DNA from: Fibrobacter sp.
GTDB lineage: Bacteria > Fibrobacterota > Fibrobacteria > Fibrobacterales > Fibrobacteraceae
NCBI GenBank assembly: GCA_045599625.1
Contig: JAZRWJ010000002.1
Location: forward strand, 3,222 to 35,221
Direction of reading: 5' to 3'
Length of the DNA stretch: 32,000 bases
A model generated the notes under the pieces. That model was given only the letters and a program-made list of their open reading frames with translations, made no database searches and was not told the origin of the DNA. The first letter of the stretch is position 1; every line of letters begins with the position of its first letter. Positions 1 to 9,617 of the stretch are shown in pieces. The position numbers were made by a program, and so were the translations under genes.

Positions 1-1486
1 ATTTGTCAACGGAGCCTTCGCGAATACACTTTACGGTTTCCATGGCTGTCAGCATACTGTGGTCCATGTTGTTGTATTTGTGCATGCCGTTACGGCCCAT
101 CAGGAACAGGTTTTCGATATTGTCCAGATATTCGCGAATCTTATGGAATTCGCCGTAAGTTCCGAAGTAGGCCGGATAAGCCTTCTTGACGCGGAATACA
201 ACGGAATCGCGAACAGACTCAGGCTTTGCCACATGAATCCTGTCCAGTTCTGCAATGGCAAACCGGATGAAGTCGGCATCGGGCATGGTCCACATTTCGT
301 CGCCTTCGTTAACAAAATATTCCAGGCCAATCCAGACCTTGGACGGATCACTAACCAGATATGGACTCCAGTTGTTGAACACCTGAATACGACCCAGCTT
401 TACATCGCTTTCCTGAACGTAAATCCAGTTGTCCTTTACATTTCCTATTTCAAGTTTATCCAGCAACAAGCCGACGGTCATAAAATCCCGATAGACGAGT
501 CCTTCCGCAACTCGTTTTACTCCGGCGGGAACAGGAGTCTCGGGCTGATTTATGGCGGCAATCAGCTCCTTCACAGGCATGGAACTGAGGAAATAGTCGC
601 ATGGAATTGTCTCGACACCTTGACCGTTATCAACGGCTACACTCACCACGCGATTCTCAATCCGATTTACGCCCACAACCTTTGCGTTCATCACAATTTC
701 ACCGCCCATGTCAAGAATTTTCTGGGCGACAGTTTCCCAAAGCTGGCCCGGCCCAAGTTTTGGATATAGGAACTGGCCGATTAAACTTGTTTCGGTATTT
801 TTCTGACGGAATTCATCGGCGCGATCCTTATCAATGGCGTGTCTATTATTTTTGAAAATTTGCTTTACCGCATGAATCACAGTCTTTGTAATGGAAAGCC
901 CTTTAATGCGCTGGCCGCCCCATTCCGGGCTGATTTTATTACAGGGAACGCCCCAAAGCTTTTCGGTGTAGTCCCTGAAAAAGGTTCTATAAAGTTCAAC
1001 GCCGAAACGGTTGATCATAAAATCTTCTAGACTCTTTTCGGAACGGGCAGGAAGCAACTGCACCTTAAGATAGCTCAGACCAATTTTCATCATTCGCCAA
1101 AATCCAAGTCCGCGAATGGTATTTCCGTTCAAGGCTACGGGGTAGTCGAAGAGTTTCCGCAGGAACAAGATGCGACTTAGCCGGCTACGGCAAAGCATGA
1201 CCAAATCGTCTTTTTCTGGATGGGGCCCGTCCTTGGATTCCAGGGGAAGAATGTTCAGCCACCAGTCCATTACAGCATCGCTCTTGCTGAAAAATCGATG
1301 GCCTCCAATATCCATCCTGTTGCCTTTGTAACAAGCCGTCCGGGAGATTCCGCCAATTGTATTTTCTGCTTCGAAGATTACAGGCTTTACATTTGTGGTG
1401 CGAAGTAATTCCAATGCGGCCGTCAAGCCTGCTGGCCCGGCACCTGCGATGATAGCAATTTTTGGGGATTCATTTTCAGTGGTCAT
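1..1486 (-). CDS. NAD(P)/FAD-dependent oxidoreductase (amine-oxidase / UDP-galactopyranose-mutase-like); C-terminus runs off the left edge
   Basis: Absent from the ORF track because it has no stop inside the window. Hand translation of the minus strand from the ATG at 1486-1484 gives [28 protein letters not shown]...TIGGISRT...DIGGHRFF, with a GxGxxG dinucleotide-binding motif. The frame stays open to position 1. The stop of the upstream GtrA gene (1488) is 1 nt away, so the two look like an operon. Plus-strand ORFs 59-769, 839-1030, 1220-1408 and 1395-1796 are antisense shadows of this gene. Confidence 0.8.
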   Translation of the reverse strand, partial: MTTENESPKIAIIAGAGPAGLTAALELLRTTNVKPVIFEAENTIGGISRTACYKGNRMDIGGHRFFSKSDAVMDWWLNILPLESKDGPHPEKDDLVMLCRSRLSRILFLRKLFDYPVALNGNTIRGLGFWRMMKIGLSYLKVQLLPARSEKSLEDFMINRFGVELYRTFFRDYTEKLWGVPCNKISPEWGGQRIKGLSITKTVIHAVKQIFKNNRHAIDKDRADEFRQKNTETSLIGQFLYPKLGPGQLWETVAQKILDMGGEIVMNAKVVGVNRIENRVVSVAVDNGQGVETIPCDYFLSSMPVKELIAAINQPETPVPAGVKRVAEGLVYRDFMTVGLLLDKLEIGNVKDNWIYVQESDVKLGRIQVFNNWSPYLVSDPSKVWIGLEYFVNEGDEMWTMPDADFIRFAIAELDRIHVAKPESVRDSVVFRVKKAYPAYFGTYGEFHKIREYLDNIENLFLMGRNGMHKYNNMDHSMLTAMETVKCIREGSVDK

Positions 1487-1487
1487 G

Positions 1488-1901
1488 TCAATCCTTTTTT
1501 TCTCGGAACAAGGTCAGCTTTCGCGCTCCGAAGTTCCACATCAAAACAACTGCCGCGGCAATCATCTTGGAAATCATTTCCTGCCCATGGAGCAAGTCCA
1601 CCAGGAAAACCATCAACAGTTCGTTAAGCGCAACACCTGCAAAACCAATCACGGCGAATACGGCAAACTCTGCAGACTTGCGCATTTCAAGTCTGCGTTT
1701 ACAATCCGAGAAAACCCACCTAACGCTAAGGGCATAGTTGAGTACCAGACCAGCAACCAACCCGATGAAATTCGCAAGCAGATAATGCCAGCCTAGAACA
1801 TACAGGCAAAAAGCGAATAGCCCAAAATCCACTAGAAAGGCAAATCCACCCACTAGTAAGTAACGTGCTAGTTGCGCTAGCACTCCTTTTATTTCAACCA
1901 T
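1488..1901 (-). CDS. GtrA-family membrane protein
   Basis: 137 aa, about four hydrophobic helices. [16 protein letters not shown] ... [10 protein letters not shown] is typical of GtrA-like proteins. Abuts the oxidoreductase gene. Confidence 0.85.
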   Translation of the reverse strand: MVEIKGVLAQLARYLLVGGFAFLVDFGLFAFCLYVLGWHYLLANFIGLVAGLVLNYALSVRWVFSDCKRRLEMRKSAEFAVFAVIGFAGVALNELLMVFLVDLLHGQEMISKMIAAAVVLMWNFGARKLTLFREKKD

Positions 1902-1919
1902 AATGTTATCGTTTAGTTT

Positions 1920-3149
1920 TTACAACAGAGAAGACTTGAACCATTCTCCGTATGAAATGGCATTTGAGCTCGGACTGTAACTACCATCTTCACATTTCCA
2001 AATTTCGCTTGATAAGGGCTTGCGAATACTCTCAGGTTCGGTAGCCCCTATGCTGCCGTCACAGTCTTCAACAAGAAAATATACCGAGATAAAGTTGTTG
2101 TTATGCATGCATTTTCCACCGGGGGAAACGCTGGTAAATTCCAGGAAGCCGTCAGATATGCTGGTCAACACATGTCCCATTGGCTGGCCACCATCATCGA
2201 CCATGGTCATAAAGTACCGACAACCTTCCTTATTTTCCGCAGGATGTTCCTTCATGATTTTGGCTGTCATTGGAAAACAGACGGAAATGACATCTTGATT
2301 TATCTGGAACAGTGGCGCTTTTTGCACCACGTCCGTGGGAGAGACTCCTGTTTTTGCGTAGGCATAATCCATGCAAGCCTTCGAGGTTGTTCCATTGTAG
2401 GCAATTACGTGATCGTCAAAGAAAAGTTCTTCACAATTTGCGACGTACTGCAGAACATAATTTTCAAGAGTACGCCCACTGTCAATGGAAATTTCCTGAT
2501 TGTTGTTTGCGCCGCAGTTTTCACAAATTTCAAGAGCATCAATTGAACTTGATGAACTTGAAATATCATCCTGTTTTGATGAAGATGAAGGCGATTCAAA
2601 CTTTCCTGTTGATGATTGCGCATCCTTTGCCATTTCTGCGCAACGATCGGCTGCGACATTACTAAAGTAAGAAATCAACATTGAAATAGAGTCCGATTCG
2701 ACCTGGCTCATTCGACAAGCTGCGTCAAAGTTTCCATTTTTACACCCATCGCTAATACTAAAGAATTGACTATTCGACTTTTCTAAGCAGCCAACCTTAA
2801 AGGCCGAGTAAGATGAATCACAAGAACCGTCAATTTCAGTTCCCTGTAATGTGAAAATCGCGAAGGATCCGGAAATTTGGATAGTCATTGCAAGAGTTGA
2901 ACTATCCGCGATACATTCTGCTCGCGCACCAGAGCCGTCATTCAAAACCGCTATCCTGCCCCCATCTATTTTTGCATAGGCTGCTTCATGTAATCCCGTT
3001 CCGTACTTATACCACTCATTAAGTTGATCAACGGAAATTGCATTTTGATCTTCAATAGAGCCACCATCAGCAACTCCATCCGTATCTGAACAAGAAACGA
3101 AAAACAGAGCAAGAAATCCTTGCAAAAACAGGAATAGATTTTTCTTCAT
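1920..3149 (-). CDS. Cys-rich secreted lipoprotein, unknown function
   Basis: The track ORF starts at a TTG (3158). The ATG at 3149 gives MKKNLFLFLQGFLALFFVSCSD, a signal peptide plus lipobox Cys. It has a poly-Ser linker and many Cys. It shares the motif GC.xG.F.AAC with the next gene. Confidence 0.7.
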   Translation of the reverse strand: MKKNLFLFLQGFLALFFVSCSDTDGVADGGSIEDQNAISVDQLNEWYKYGTGLHEAAYAKIDGGRIAVLNDGSGARAECIADSSTLAMTIQISGSFAIFTLQGTEIDGSCDSSYSAFKVGCLEKSNSQFFSISDGCKNGNFDAACRMSQVESDSISMLISYFSNVAADRCAEMAKDAQSSTGKFESPSSSSKQDDISSSSSSIDALEICENCGANNNQEISIDSGRTLENYVLQYVANCEELFFDDHVIAYNGTTSKACMDYAYAKTGVSPTDVVQKAPLFQINQDVISVCFPMTAKIMKEHPAENKEGCRYFMTMVDDGGQPMGHVLTSISDGFLEFTSVSPGGKCMHNNNFISVYFLVEDCDGSIGATEPESIRKPLSSEIWKCEDGSYSPSSNAISYGEWFKSSLL

Positions 3150-3182
3150 TATTAGCAAACCTTAAAGGTCATTCCAAAGGCA

Positions 3183-3923
3183 TTATATTTTATCACAAAC
3201 CAATCCATGTCTTGTATCACCAACACACTGTTCACCAGGCATTATATTTTCTTCAGGAAGTTCCGCGACAAATGCTTCACATTCACTTTTCAAGCTATCC
3301 GCTATGGTTTCTAACTTAGTGTTAGCAGAGACCTTTGTCACGCAAGCTGCTTCAAAGGATCCTGCGGAACAACCCCTATTGTACATTTTATAAAGACCAC
3401 CATTTTCATTGCACGTTTTAACAAAGACAATACTATCTGCTTCACAGCGTTCAACCGCATTTTCAGAATACAGCTTGAAATGGCTTTCAAACTTATAAAG
3501 GGAATCCTCATTTTCACGAAGATAAACTAAAGCATCATCGCTATCTTCCCCAGGGTTATCTCCTTTTACAGACTTGGAATAATATATTCCATTTTCTTCT
3601 TTATAAACATTCACCCAACAGCTACCTGTTGACCTCAATTCACTAAAAGCTGATTCCGGTTCGGTCTTGAAAGAATTTACAGCGGCAGGAGAAGCAGAAA
3701 GAGATCCTCCTTCCGTCGGGACCGCATCATCCAAATTCACGCCATCAGAAACAACTTGGCCATTTCCAGATTCACCAAGCATTGTTTTCATAAAACAAAC
3801 GTCTGCATCAGACAATTTTTCAGAAGAATCTTTTGCTTCCGCAGATGCCTCGACTGAATTATTGTCGGAACAAGCCTCAAAAGCGAAAATCATAGCGACT
3901 ATGAGTAGAAATTTCTTTTTCAT
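3183..3923 (-). CDS. Cys-rich secreted lipoprotein, unknown function (paralog-like of 1920-3149)
   Basis: MKKKFLLIVAMIFAFEACSDNN gives a signal peptide plus lipobox. RGCSAGSFEAACVT resembles DGCKNGNFDAACRM in the neighbouring gene. Confidence 0.7.
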   Translation of the reverse strand: MKKKFLLIVAMIFAFEACSDNNSVEASAEAKDSSEKLSDADVCFMKTMLGESGNGQVVSDGVNLDDAVPTEGGSLSASPAAVNSFKTEPESAFSELRSTGSCWVNVYKEENGIYYSKSVKGDNPGEDSDDALVYLRENEDSLYKFESHFKLYSENAVERCEADSIVFVKTCNENGGLYKMYNRGCSAGSFEAACVTKVSANTKLETIADSLKSECEAFVAELPEENIMPGEQCVGDTRHGLVCDKI

Positions 3924-3955
3924 GTTATGACTCCTTTTTTAGAGCGTTTCTATTT

Positions 3956-4771
3956 TCAAACTTTTTCAGTTAAGGGAAACAGTTGTAAATTCAATCGATA
4001 AACACGATTTCCACCTTTCTTCGCTGTCGCTATGGAAATAATTCTTTTTCGACAGGCGTCCAACTCCTTTACAATTGCAGCGTAATCCTCTTCATCAATC
4101 CCGATGGTGACTCCGGAAAAATTTCGTTCTTCCACGGGATACTTATCTAACGCATCTTTGGCTGATCCAGCCATTTCTTTATGCATTGAACGAACTAGCA
4201 TGGGTAAGGCTGTCACAGATACCTGGAGAGATCTATTCTCTTGCTCATACACATCCTTCGCCAACTTCTTTAAAAATTTAGCCCTCGTCAAAAAGGCAAG
4301 TGCATCACGAACTTCTTCGGCAGAAAAAGAACCTCCACAAACCTTAGCCATATCGCTAGGTTTTGCCCCAGGCATCATGGGAGCCAACTCACGAAGCATC
4401 GGATATTTCCAAGATTGATAGAAAGAAATGGATTCACCTTCTAGAATGCGAACTTTTTGGGTCTCAGCGATTTCCATCATTTCTGCATAAGCAGAATTTC
4501 TAACATTTTCCTTCTTCGCTTGACCAAACCTAACAAGCCTACGAAAATATTCACGTTCAGTTCCTATAAGATCCATCGCCTCAGCAACGTGTTCAATTCC
4601 AGGCTCAGACAAGCCGCTCTTTCCATCACAAACGACCTTCAGATAGTTAGGCGATGTAAATCCACTATTTTTCGCGAATTCTCGCCATGAAAAAGCAGAA
4701 GTTCGCTTTTTCCACAAGTAGTAATCGTTCATATAGGAACGATAATCATCATATTCAAATATAGATTTCAT
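3956..4771 (-). CDS. TIGR02147-family protein (Fibrobacter paralogous family, unknown function)
   Basis: 271 aa. The N-terminus DDYRSYMNDYYLWKKRTSAFSWREFAKNSGFTSPNYLKVVCDGKSGLS matches my recollection of the TIGR02147 signature (YR.yL.dyy..rK.....S.R.FA...G..sp.yLk.v..GkR.Ls). Confidence 0.7.
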   Translation of the reverse strand: MKSIFEYDDYRSYMNDYYLWKKRTSAFSWREFAKNSGFTSPNYLKVVCDGKSGLSEPGIEHVAEAMDLIGTEREYFRRLVRFGQAKKENVRNSAYAEMMEIAETQKVRILEGESISFYQSWKYPMLRELAPMMPGAKPSDMAKVCGGSFSAEEVRDALAFLTRAKFLKKLAKDVYEQENRSLQVSVTALPMLVRSMHKEMAGSAKDALDKYPVEERNFSGVTIGIDEEDYAAIVKELDACRKRIISIATAKKGGNRVYRLNLQLFPLTEKV

Positions 4772-4869
4772 TTCAAAACAAATATACTCATGAACTTCTC
4801 TCTAAAGAATCAATTTTCCATACAAAATCTGAGCTTTCAAACGCGTTTGTATCATAAAATGTATAACAA

Positions 4870-4896
4870 AAACCGTGGTGAAAATCACCACGGTTT
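4870..4896 (-). terminator. Perfect 12-bp hairpin; terminator-like on the minus strand, with no assigned upstream gene
   Basis: AAACCGTGGTGA / TCACCACGGTTT with a 3-nt loop. Read on the minus strand it is followed by TTTTTGTT. It sits in the divergent intergenic region 4772-5100. Confidence 0.3.
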
Positions 4897-5024
4897 CCTA
4901 GCAAAAAAAATAGTTTCAAGTCTAGCTACGGGGTAAGAAAAATCCCTTAATGCAACTCATATTACGGAGGCAAACCTGAATATGATTCTTCTTACGGGGT
5001 ATAGATAACTTCGTAACAAAACTC

Positions 5025-5088
5025 TTGACTATACAAATAAGACTATCTATATTAGACTATACAAAATAGATAGTCTATTCTGTATAAT
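5025..5088 (+). promoter_or_regulatory. Sigma70-like promoter with an overlapping inverted-repeat operator, upstream of the AAA ATPase gene
   Basis: TTGACT (5025-5030), a 17-nt spacer, then TATATT (5048-5053). A perfect 11-bp inverted repeat AGACTATCTAT (5040-5050) / ATAGATAGTCT (5066-5076) overlaps the -10. GACTATACAAA occurs as a direct repeat at 5027-5037 and 5055-5065. A second TATAAT lies at 5083-5088. Confidence 0.4.
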
Positions 5089-5100
5089 TGAAGAGATTTT

Positions 5101-6228
5101 ATGGATAATCCATTCATACTCAAACCTTATGGCGGAAAGGATCTGTTCTGTGATCGAGAACAGGAATGCAGAACCATTGTTAACTATCTGCTCAATGGAT
5201 CCAACGTCACATTGATTTCGCCCCGCAGGTACGGAAAAACGGGACTAATCTATAGAGTTTTGGATGAATTGAATCAATCCCATCCCGGGATTATTTCTTT
5301 TTACGTGGACATTTATTCATGCAATAACCTTGACGATTTTATCGCCAAGCTATCTACCGCCATCATAAATTCTGCGCCAAAGGAAAGTTTCACCCAAAAA
5401 TTCATCAATGCCATCAAGGGTGTTCGTCCCATAATGAGATTTGACGCACTAAGTGGGGCGCCTGAAATTTCCATCACCTATCTGGCTCAGACTGAAAAGC
5501 AGGAAACCCTCAAGTCCATATTTGATTATCTCAGTTCACTCAAAAAGCCAATTGTTATCGCAATAGACGAATTTCAGCAAATCCGCAATTTTCCTGAGCC
5601 AAATATGGAAGCCATACTCCGGAGTCATATCCAAATGCTTCCGAACATTAGATTCATATTCTCAGGAAGCCAGAAGCATATCATGAGTGAAATGTTCACT
5701 TACGAAAAATCGCCTTTTTATGAAAGCACGCGATGCATCCATCTTGAAAAAATTGACCGCGGTATTTACGGAGAGTTCATTAGAAAACTTTTTGGAAAAG
5801 ACAAACGCATTCTTACAGACGAAGCACTTGAGTTTATCCTAGACTGGACCCGTGTTCATACCCACTACACCCAAGTGCTTTGCAATGTTCTGTTCAGTAT
5901 GAACTTTCGCAAAATAGGTATTGAAGAAGTTTACGAAGGTGCCTTAAAAATTTTACGAGAAGGCGCGGCCGACTTTATGGATAGACGAAGCCTAGTCACG
6001 CCCGCCCAATGGAATTTTTTGACCGCAGTCGCAAAGGAAGAATCCGTATCCAAGCCCACAGCTGCAGAATTTCTCGTAAAGTATAATATCGGTCAACCCG
6101 CAAATTCACGACGAATTTTGCAAGCTCTTTTGGACAAGGAACTTCTTCTAGAAACCACTACTCTTGACGGCAAACACTACAGCGTTTACAACGTCTTTTT
6201 GAGTCGATGGCTTGAACGACTTAATTAA
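5101..6228 (+). CDS. AAA-type ATP-binding protein (archaeal-ATPase / ATPase_2-like with a DUF234-like C-terminus)
   Basis: 375 aa. Walker A is ISPRRYGKTGL and Walker B is VIAIDEFQQI. The overall layout is typical of the PF01637-like 'ATP-binding protein' family. Confidence 0.75.
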   Translation: MDNPFILKPYGGKDLFCDREQECRTIVNYLLNGSNVTLISPRRYGKTGLIYRVLDELNQSHPGIISFYVDIYSCNNLDDFIAKLSTAIINSAPKESFTQKFINAIKGVRPIMRFDALSGAPEISITYLAQTEKQETLKSIFDYLSSLKKPIVIAIDEFQQIRNFPEPNMEAILRSHIQMLPNIRFIFSGSQKHIMSEMFTYEKSPFYESTRCIHLEKIDRGIYGEFIRKLFGKDKRILTDEALEFILDWTRVHTHYTQVLCNVLFSMNFRKIGIEEVYEGALKILREGAADFMDRRSLVTPAQWNFLTAVAKEESVSKPTAAEFLVKYNIGQPANSRRILQALLDKELLLETTTLDGKHYSVYNVFLSRWLERLN

Positions 6229-6231
6229 AAA

Positions 6232-7764
6232 TCACTTCTGTCCGCGGGCCGCCAGTGCAGCGGCGCTGGCGGCAGCCTGCTCACGCATGCGCTTGCGGGC
6301 GCGGGAGCCGGGGCGGTTACGGCCGATGGTTCGGCGGTTTAGATTATCGCCGTTCTGCGGAGCTGCAGAACGCTGCGGGCGGTTTTCTCCGCGGCCTTCT
6401 CCCAGCTGCATATTTTCACGAGCCATTTCCGCAGCACGAGCATTGCGCTTGTCGGCCTGGTGCTTGCGCCAGTCAAACTTTGCTTTCGGAGTACCGCCAG
6501 ATTCCCCGTCAAGCGGGGAATGACCTGCGTTTTGACGATTGTCACGGCCACCTTTCTGGCCACGGGGCATTCTACCGCGAGCATTTCTCAGTTCACTTTC
6601 GGGAGTTTCCTTCTGGGGAGGCGGCAGCTTTTCAAACACGCTTGCGTCACCTTCGGGAATTTTCACGCGGGTGAGCTTCTCGATTCCGCGCAAGTCAGAT
6701 TCTTCGTCCGGTGCGCAGAAGGAAATGGCAACGCCTTCCTTCCCTGCGCGGGCGGTACGTCCAATGCGATGCACAAAGGTTTCGTGTTCGTTGGGCAGGT
6801 CATAATTGAATACGTGAGTCACGGCATCCACGTCAATACCGCGGGCGGCAATATCTGTTGCCACCAGCACGCGAATCTTTTCATCCTTGAAATTACCAAG
6901 CGCTTCTTGCCTACGATTCTGGCTCTTGTTGCCGTGAATGGCGGCGCACTTAATCTGAGCCTTTTCCAAGACGCGCACAATTTTATCTGCGCCGTGTTTT
7001 GTGCGAGTAAACACCAAAACTTTTTTCATTTCTTCGTGAGAAGAAAGCAGCTCCTTCAGCAAGGCGCCCTTACGGCGTTTGTCGATGCGGTACAGTTCCT
7101 GGCGAATGCGTTCAATAGGAGTGCTCTGGGGAGCCACTTCCACGCGGACAGGGTTGGCGCTCAAAATAGTCGAGGCCAGGTCAGAAATTTCCTTAGGCAT
7201 GGTGGCGCTGAAGAACAGGTTCTGGCGCTTGCCCGGAAGCATGCCCACCACCTTGCGGATATCATGAATGAAGCCCATATCAAGCATACGGTCCGCTTCA
7301 TCCAGCACAAAGAATTCCACGTTCTTCAAGGTCACGGCATGCTGACCAATCAAATCCAGCAAACGGCCCGGAGTAGCCACCAGAACATCAACGCCACGAA
7401 CCAGAACATTCTTCTGCTTCACATCGCTGACGCCGCCAAAAATGCAAGCGGTAGAAATGGCGGTGTACTGGGCGTACATCTTGAAGCATTCTTCCACCTG
7501 GATCGCCAATTCGCGGGTGGGCAGCAAAATCAGGGCACGGCAAGTCTTTGGCTGACGGAACTTTCCGGATTCCAACAGACGCTGCAAAATGGGGAGCGCA
7601 AAGGCAGCGGTCTTACCCGTTCCCGTCTGGGCGATGCCCAGCAGGTCCTTTCCTTCCAGCAAGCTGGGGATGGACTGTTCCTGAATGGGAGTGGGGTTTT
7701 CGTAGCCTACAGTGCGAACGGCACGCTGGAGCGGATTTGCCAAAGGAAGTTCTTCAAATTTCAT
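6232..7764 (-). CDS. rhlE: DEAD-box ATP-dependent RNA helicase (RhlE-like) with an Arg/Gly-rich C-terminal tail
   Basis: Motifs seen: Q motif ...YENPTPIQEQSIP, AQTGTGKT, PTRELA, VLDEADRMLDMGF, SAT, HRIGRTARAG. The track ORF starts at 7845, but MKFEELPLANPLQRAV at 7764 matches the canonical DEAD-box N-terminus. Confidence 0.85.
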   Translation of the reverse strand: MKFEELPLANPLQRAVRTVGYENPTPIQEQSIPSLLEGKDLLGIAQTGTGKTAAFALPILQRLLESGKFRQPKTCRALILLPTRELAIQVEECFKMYAQYTAISTACIFGGVSDVKQKNVLVRGVDVLVATPGRLLDLIGQHAVTLKNVEFFVLDEADRMLDMGFIHDIRKVVGMLPGKRQNLFFSATMPKEISDLASTILSANPVRVEVAPQSTPIERIRQELYRIDKRRKGALLKELLSSHEEMKKVLVFTRTKHGADKIVRVLEKAQIKCAAIHGNKSQNRRQEALGNFKDEKIRVLVATDIAARGIDVDAVTHVFNYDLPNEHETFVHRIGRTARAGKEGVAISFCAPDEESDLRGIEKLTRVKIPEGDASVFEKLPPPQKETPESELRNARGRMPRGQKGGRDNRQNAGHSPLDGESGGTPKAKFDWRKHQADKRNARAAEMARENMQLGEGRGENRPQRSAAPQNGDNLNRRTIGRNRPGSRARKRMREQAAASAAALAARGQK

Positions 7765-7809
7765 ATTGAGGGCAAAAATAGAAAAGTGAACACCCCATTT
7801 AAAGGGTAT

Positions 7810-7840
7810 AAAAAAAGAGATCCCGGCGCAGGGCCGGGAT
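7810..7840 (-). terminator. Rho-independent terminator of glk
   Basis: ATCCCGGC-gcagg-GCCGGGAT (7820-7840), a perfect 8-bp GC-rich stem. On the minus strand it is followed by ctcTTTTTTT. It lies 28 nt after the glk stop. Confidence 0.6.
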
Positions 7841-7868
7841 GACAATTACGCAGTTCGCGTCTTTGCGA

Positions 7869-8936
7869 CTACTTTTGCAGATTCAGGCTTGCGTTAGCAG
7901 CGCCGTACAAACTAATGCTGTAATCCTTGATCACGTACACCGGAATCTTGTTCAGGAGCGGGCGGATGTTGGGGTTATAGTTCTTTTCGAAGTACTGCAT
8001 GAACAAGTTATCACGTTCCAGCCAGCGCAGGTCCTTCTGCACGGTACCGCCAGCCAGGTAGAAACCACCCAACGGGAGGAACAGAGTAGAAGCGTCAGAA
8101 GCGAAGCGGGCCAGCATCTTCACGAAGAGACGCATCATTTCTGCAGCAACAGGATCGTTGTCGCTTGCGCGGGAAATGTACTTCGGGCGTTCATTAGGTT
8201 CCGTTTCTTCAATCTTCTGGAAGTATTCGTTGTTCGGAACGCCGCGGGTTTCCTTCCACCATTCGTACATGTTGCGAAGGCCCATGCCAGAAACGAGAGG
8301 TTCTACGCCAGGAACAACGCCAAGCTTCTGCTGCATGTAATCGTGGAATTCCTGAGAGTCCTTGTCGAAAGGTGCGAAAGTAGAGTGGCCACCTTCAGAG
8401 GAAGCGGGAATGTACTTCTGACCGTCGAAAGCCAGGAAGCCAACGCCCATGCCTGTACCCGGGCCAATCACTGCCTTAGTAGCAGCCTGGGGAGCGGGAG
8501 TGGTACCATCGGTGTGAACCAGCTTGTGAATCTGTTCCGGATCGTCCACATCCAGAGTGGGAATGCCATAGCTGATGGCCATGAAGTCGTTGATCACGAG
8601 AGTGGGAATGCCGGTAGCGGCAGAGAGAGCATCGCCATCCACAGACCAGGGCAGGTTGGTCATGACGCACTTGTTGTTAGCCACAGGACCTGCAGCACTG
8701 ATGCAAATATGAGACGGCTTCAAATCAGCACGGGATTCAACAGCAATCTTCAAGGTTTCGCGAATAGGAGCATCCAGACCATCAATGTCCTTGGAGGGGC
8801 AGACAGTTTCCAGGATCAGAGTGAACTTGCCATCCTTGTAGCCTACGATACCCAGGTTGGTGTTGGTACCGCCGATATCGCCAGCCAAAACAAGGCGGTC
8901 AAACTTTGCGTCGGGATTTTTCCATTTGATTTCCAT
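7869..8936 (-). CDS. glk: Glucokinase
   Basis: 355 aa. LAGDIGGTNTNLGIV is the ATP-binding motif of Glk-family (PF02685-type) glucokinases. Length and downstream motifs are consistent with that family. Confidence 0.8.
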   Translation of the reverse strand: MEIKWKNPDAKFDRLVLAGDIGGTNTNLGIVGYKDGKFTLILETVCPSKDIDGLDAPIRETLKIAVESRADLKPSHICISAAGPVANNKCVMTNLPWSVDGDALSAATGIPTLVINDFMAISYGIPTLDVDDPEQIHKLVHTDGTTPAPQAATKAVIGPGTGMGVGFLAFDGQKYIPASSEGGHSTFAPFDKDSQEFHDYMQQKLGVVPGVEPLVSGMGLRNMYEWWKETRGVPNNEYFQKIEETEPNERPKYISRASDNDPVAAEMMRLFVKMLARFASDASTLFLPLGGFYLAGGTVQKDLRWLERDNLFMQYFEKNYNPNIRPLLNKIPVYVIKDYSISLYGAANASLNLQK

Positions 8937-9030
8937 AATAAAACTCCAGTTTTTAGACCGTCAAAATATACTAAAGGACCTACGCGGGGGTAGTTCTCAC
9001 AGGTCAAACGACCCCATATAAGTACTTTTT

Positions 9031-9059
9031 TTGACAAATACAAAGCACGGACCGATATA
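9031..9059 (+). promoter_or_regulatory. Sigma70-like promoter of the SLOG-PTH2 operon
   Basis: TTGACA (9031-9036), a 17-nt spacer, then GATATA (9054-9059). The same GATATA(C/T)CAAT -10 region occurs at the 12510 and 19957 promoters. Confidence 0.4.
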
Positions 9060-9098
9060 TCAATTGGGAAAATAAGTAAGAAATGAAGAGGTTCGTGT

Positions 9099-9617
9099 AT
9101 GAACAAAACATACGCAGGAATTGGCAATCGGGAAATTTCGGGAGCGAAGGATGGTGACCACGGGCTGCCTGTGGCGAAAGTTTTGACGCATCTCGGCATC
9201 GAACTAGAGAAATTGGGCTACACGCTGTACAGTGGCGGAGCCAAAGGTTGCGACAGCGCCTTTGCAAGTGGCGTAAGCGCAGAACACTGCCGGATTTTTA
9301 CGGCAGATGATGCTACGGATGAAACCCGCGCCATGGCACGGGCCCACAAACAGCCTTGTGAAATTTTGCTAGGTCGTAAGCTGGACTTGTACGCTCGCGA
9401 AGCCAATCAGATTCTTGGTCCTGACTTGAAAAGCCCTGTAGATTTTGTGCTATGCTACACCCGTGACGGTTGCGAAAGCCATGAAACCCGTTCCGAGAAA
9501 ACAGGGGGCACAGGCTACGCCATCGAACTCGCCAGCCGCCGTGGCATTCCCGTCATCAATATCAAGAACGAAGGCTGGGAAGAAAAGTTGAAAACAATCA
9601 TGGAGAATAATGTATGA
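9099..9617 (+). CDS. Stand-alone DprA/Smf-like (SLOG-superfamily) Rossmann-domain protein
   Basis: 172 aa. YAGIGNRE...LGYTLYSGGAKGCDSAFASG...NQILG...DFVLCYT.DG...TGGTGYAIELA..GIPVINI follows the DprA/Smf Rossmann-domain pattern (GIGSR..., SGGA.G.D.A, TGGT). There are no SAM or winged-helix extensions. Confidence 0.6.
   Translation: MNKTYAGIGNREISGAKDGDHGLPVAKVLTHLGIELEKLGYTLYSGGAKGCDSAFASGVSAEHCRIFTADDATDETRAMARAHKQPCEILLGRKLDLYAREANQILGPDLKSPVDFVLCYTRDGCESHETRSEKTGGTGYAIELASRRGIPVINIKNEGWEEKLKTIMENNV

Noticed and set aside
59-1796. Plus-strand ORFs 59-769, 601-855, 839-1030, 1220-1408, 1395-1796 and 1462-1737
   Set aside because: They are antisense to the FAD oxidoreductase (open minus-strand frame with GxGxxG) and to GtrA.
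6460-7842. 460-aa plus-strand ORF, along with 6212-6523, 6255-6674 and 6539-6805
   Set aside because: These are antisense shadows of the DEAD-box helicase gene. They have low-complexity composition and no motifs, while the minus-strand frame carries every DEAD-box motif.
7765-7845. 27-codon N-terminal extension of the DEAD-box helicase (MSSRPCAGISFF...)
   Set aside because: The extension overlaps the glk terminator hairpin. The canonical helicase N-terminus begins at MKFEEL (7764).
7839-8993. 384-aa plus-strand ORF
   Set aside because: It is antisense to glucokinase, which has the clear DIGGTNTN motif. It is a typical long shadow ORF in a GC-richer gene.
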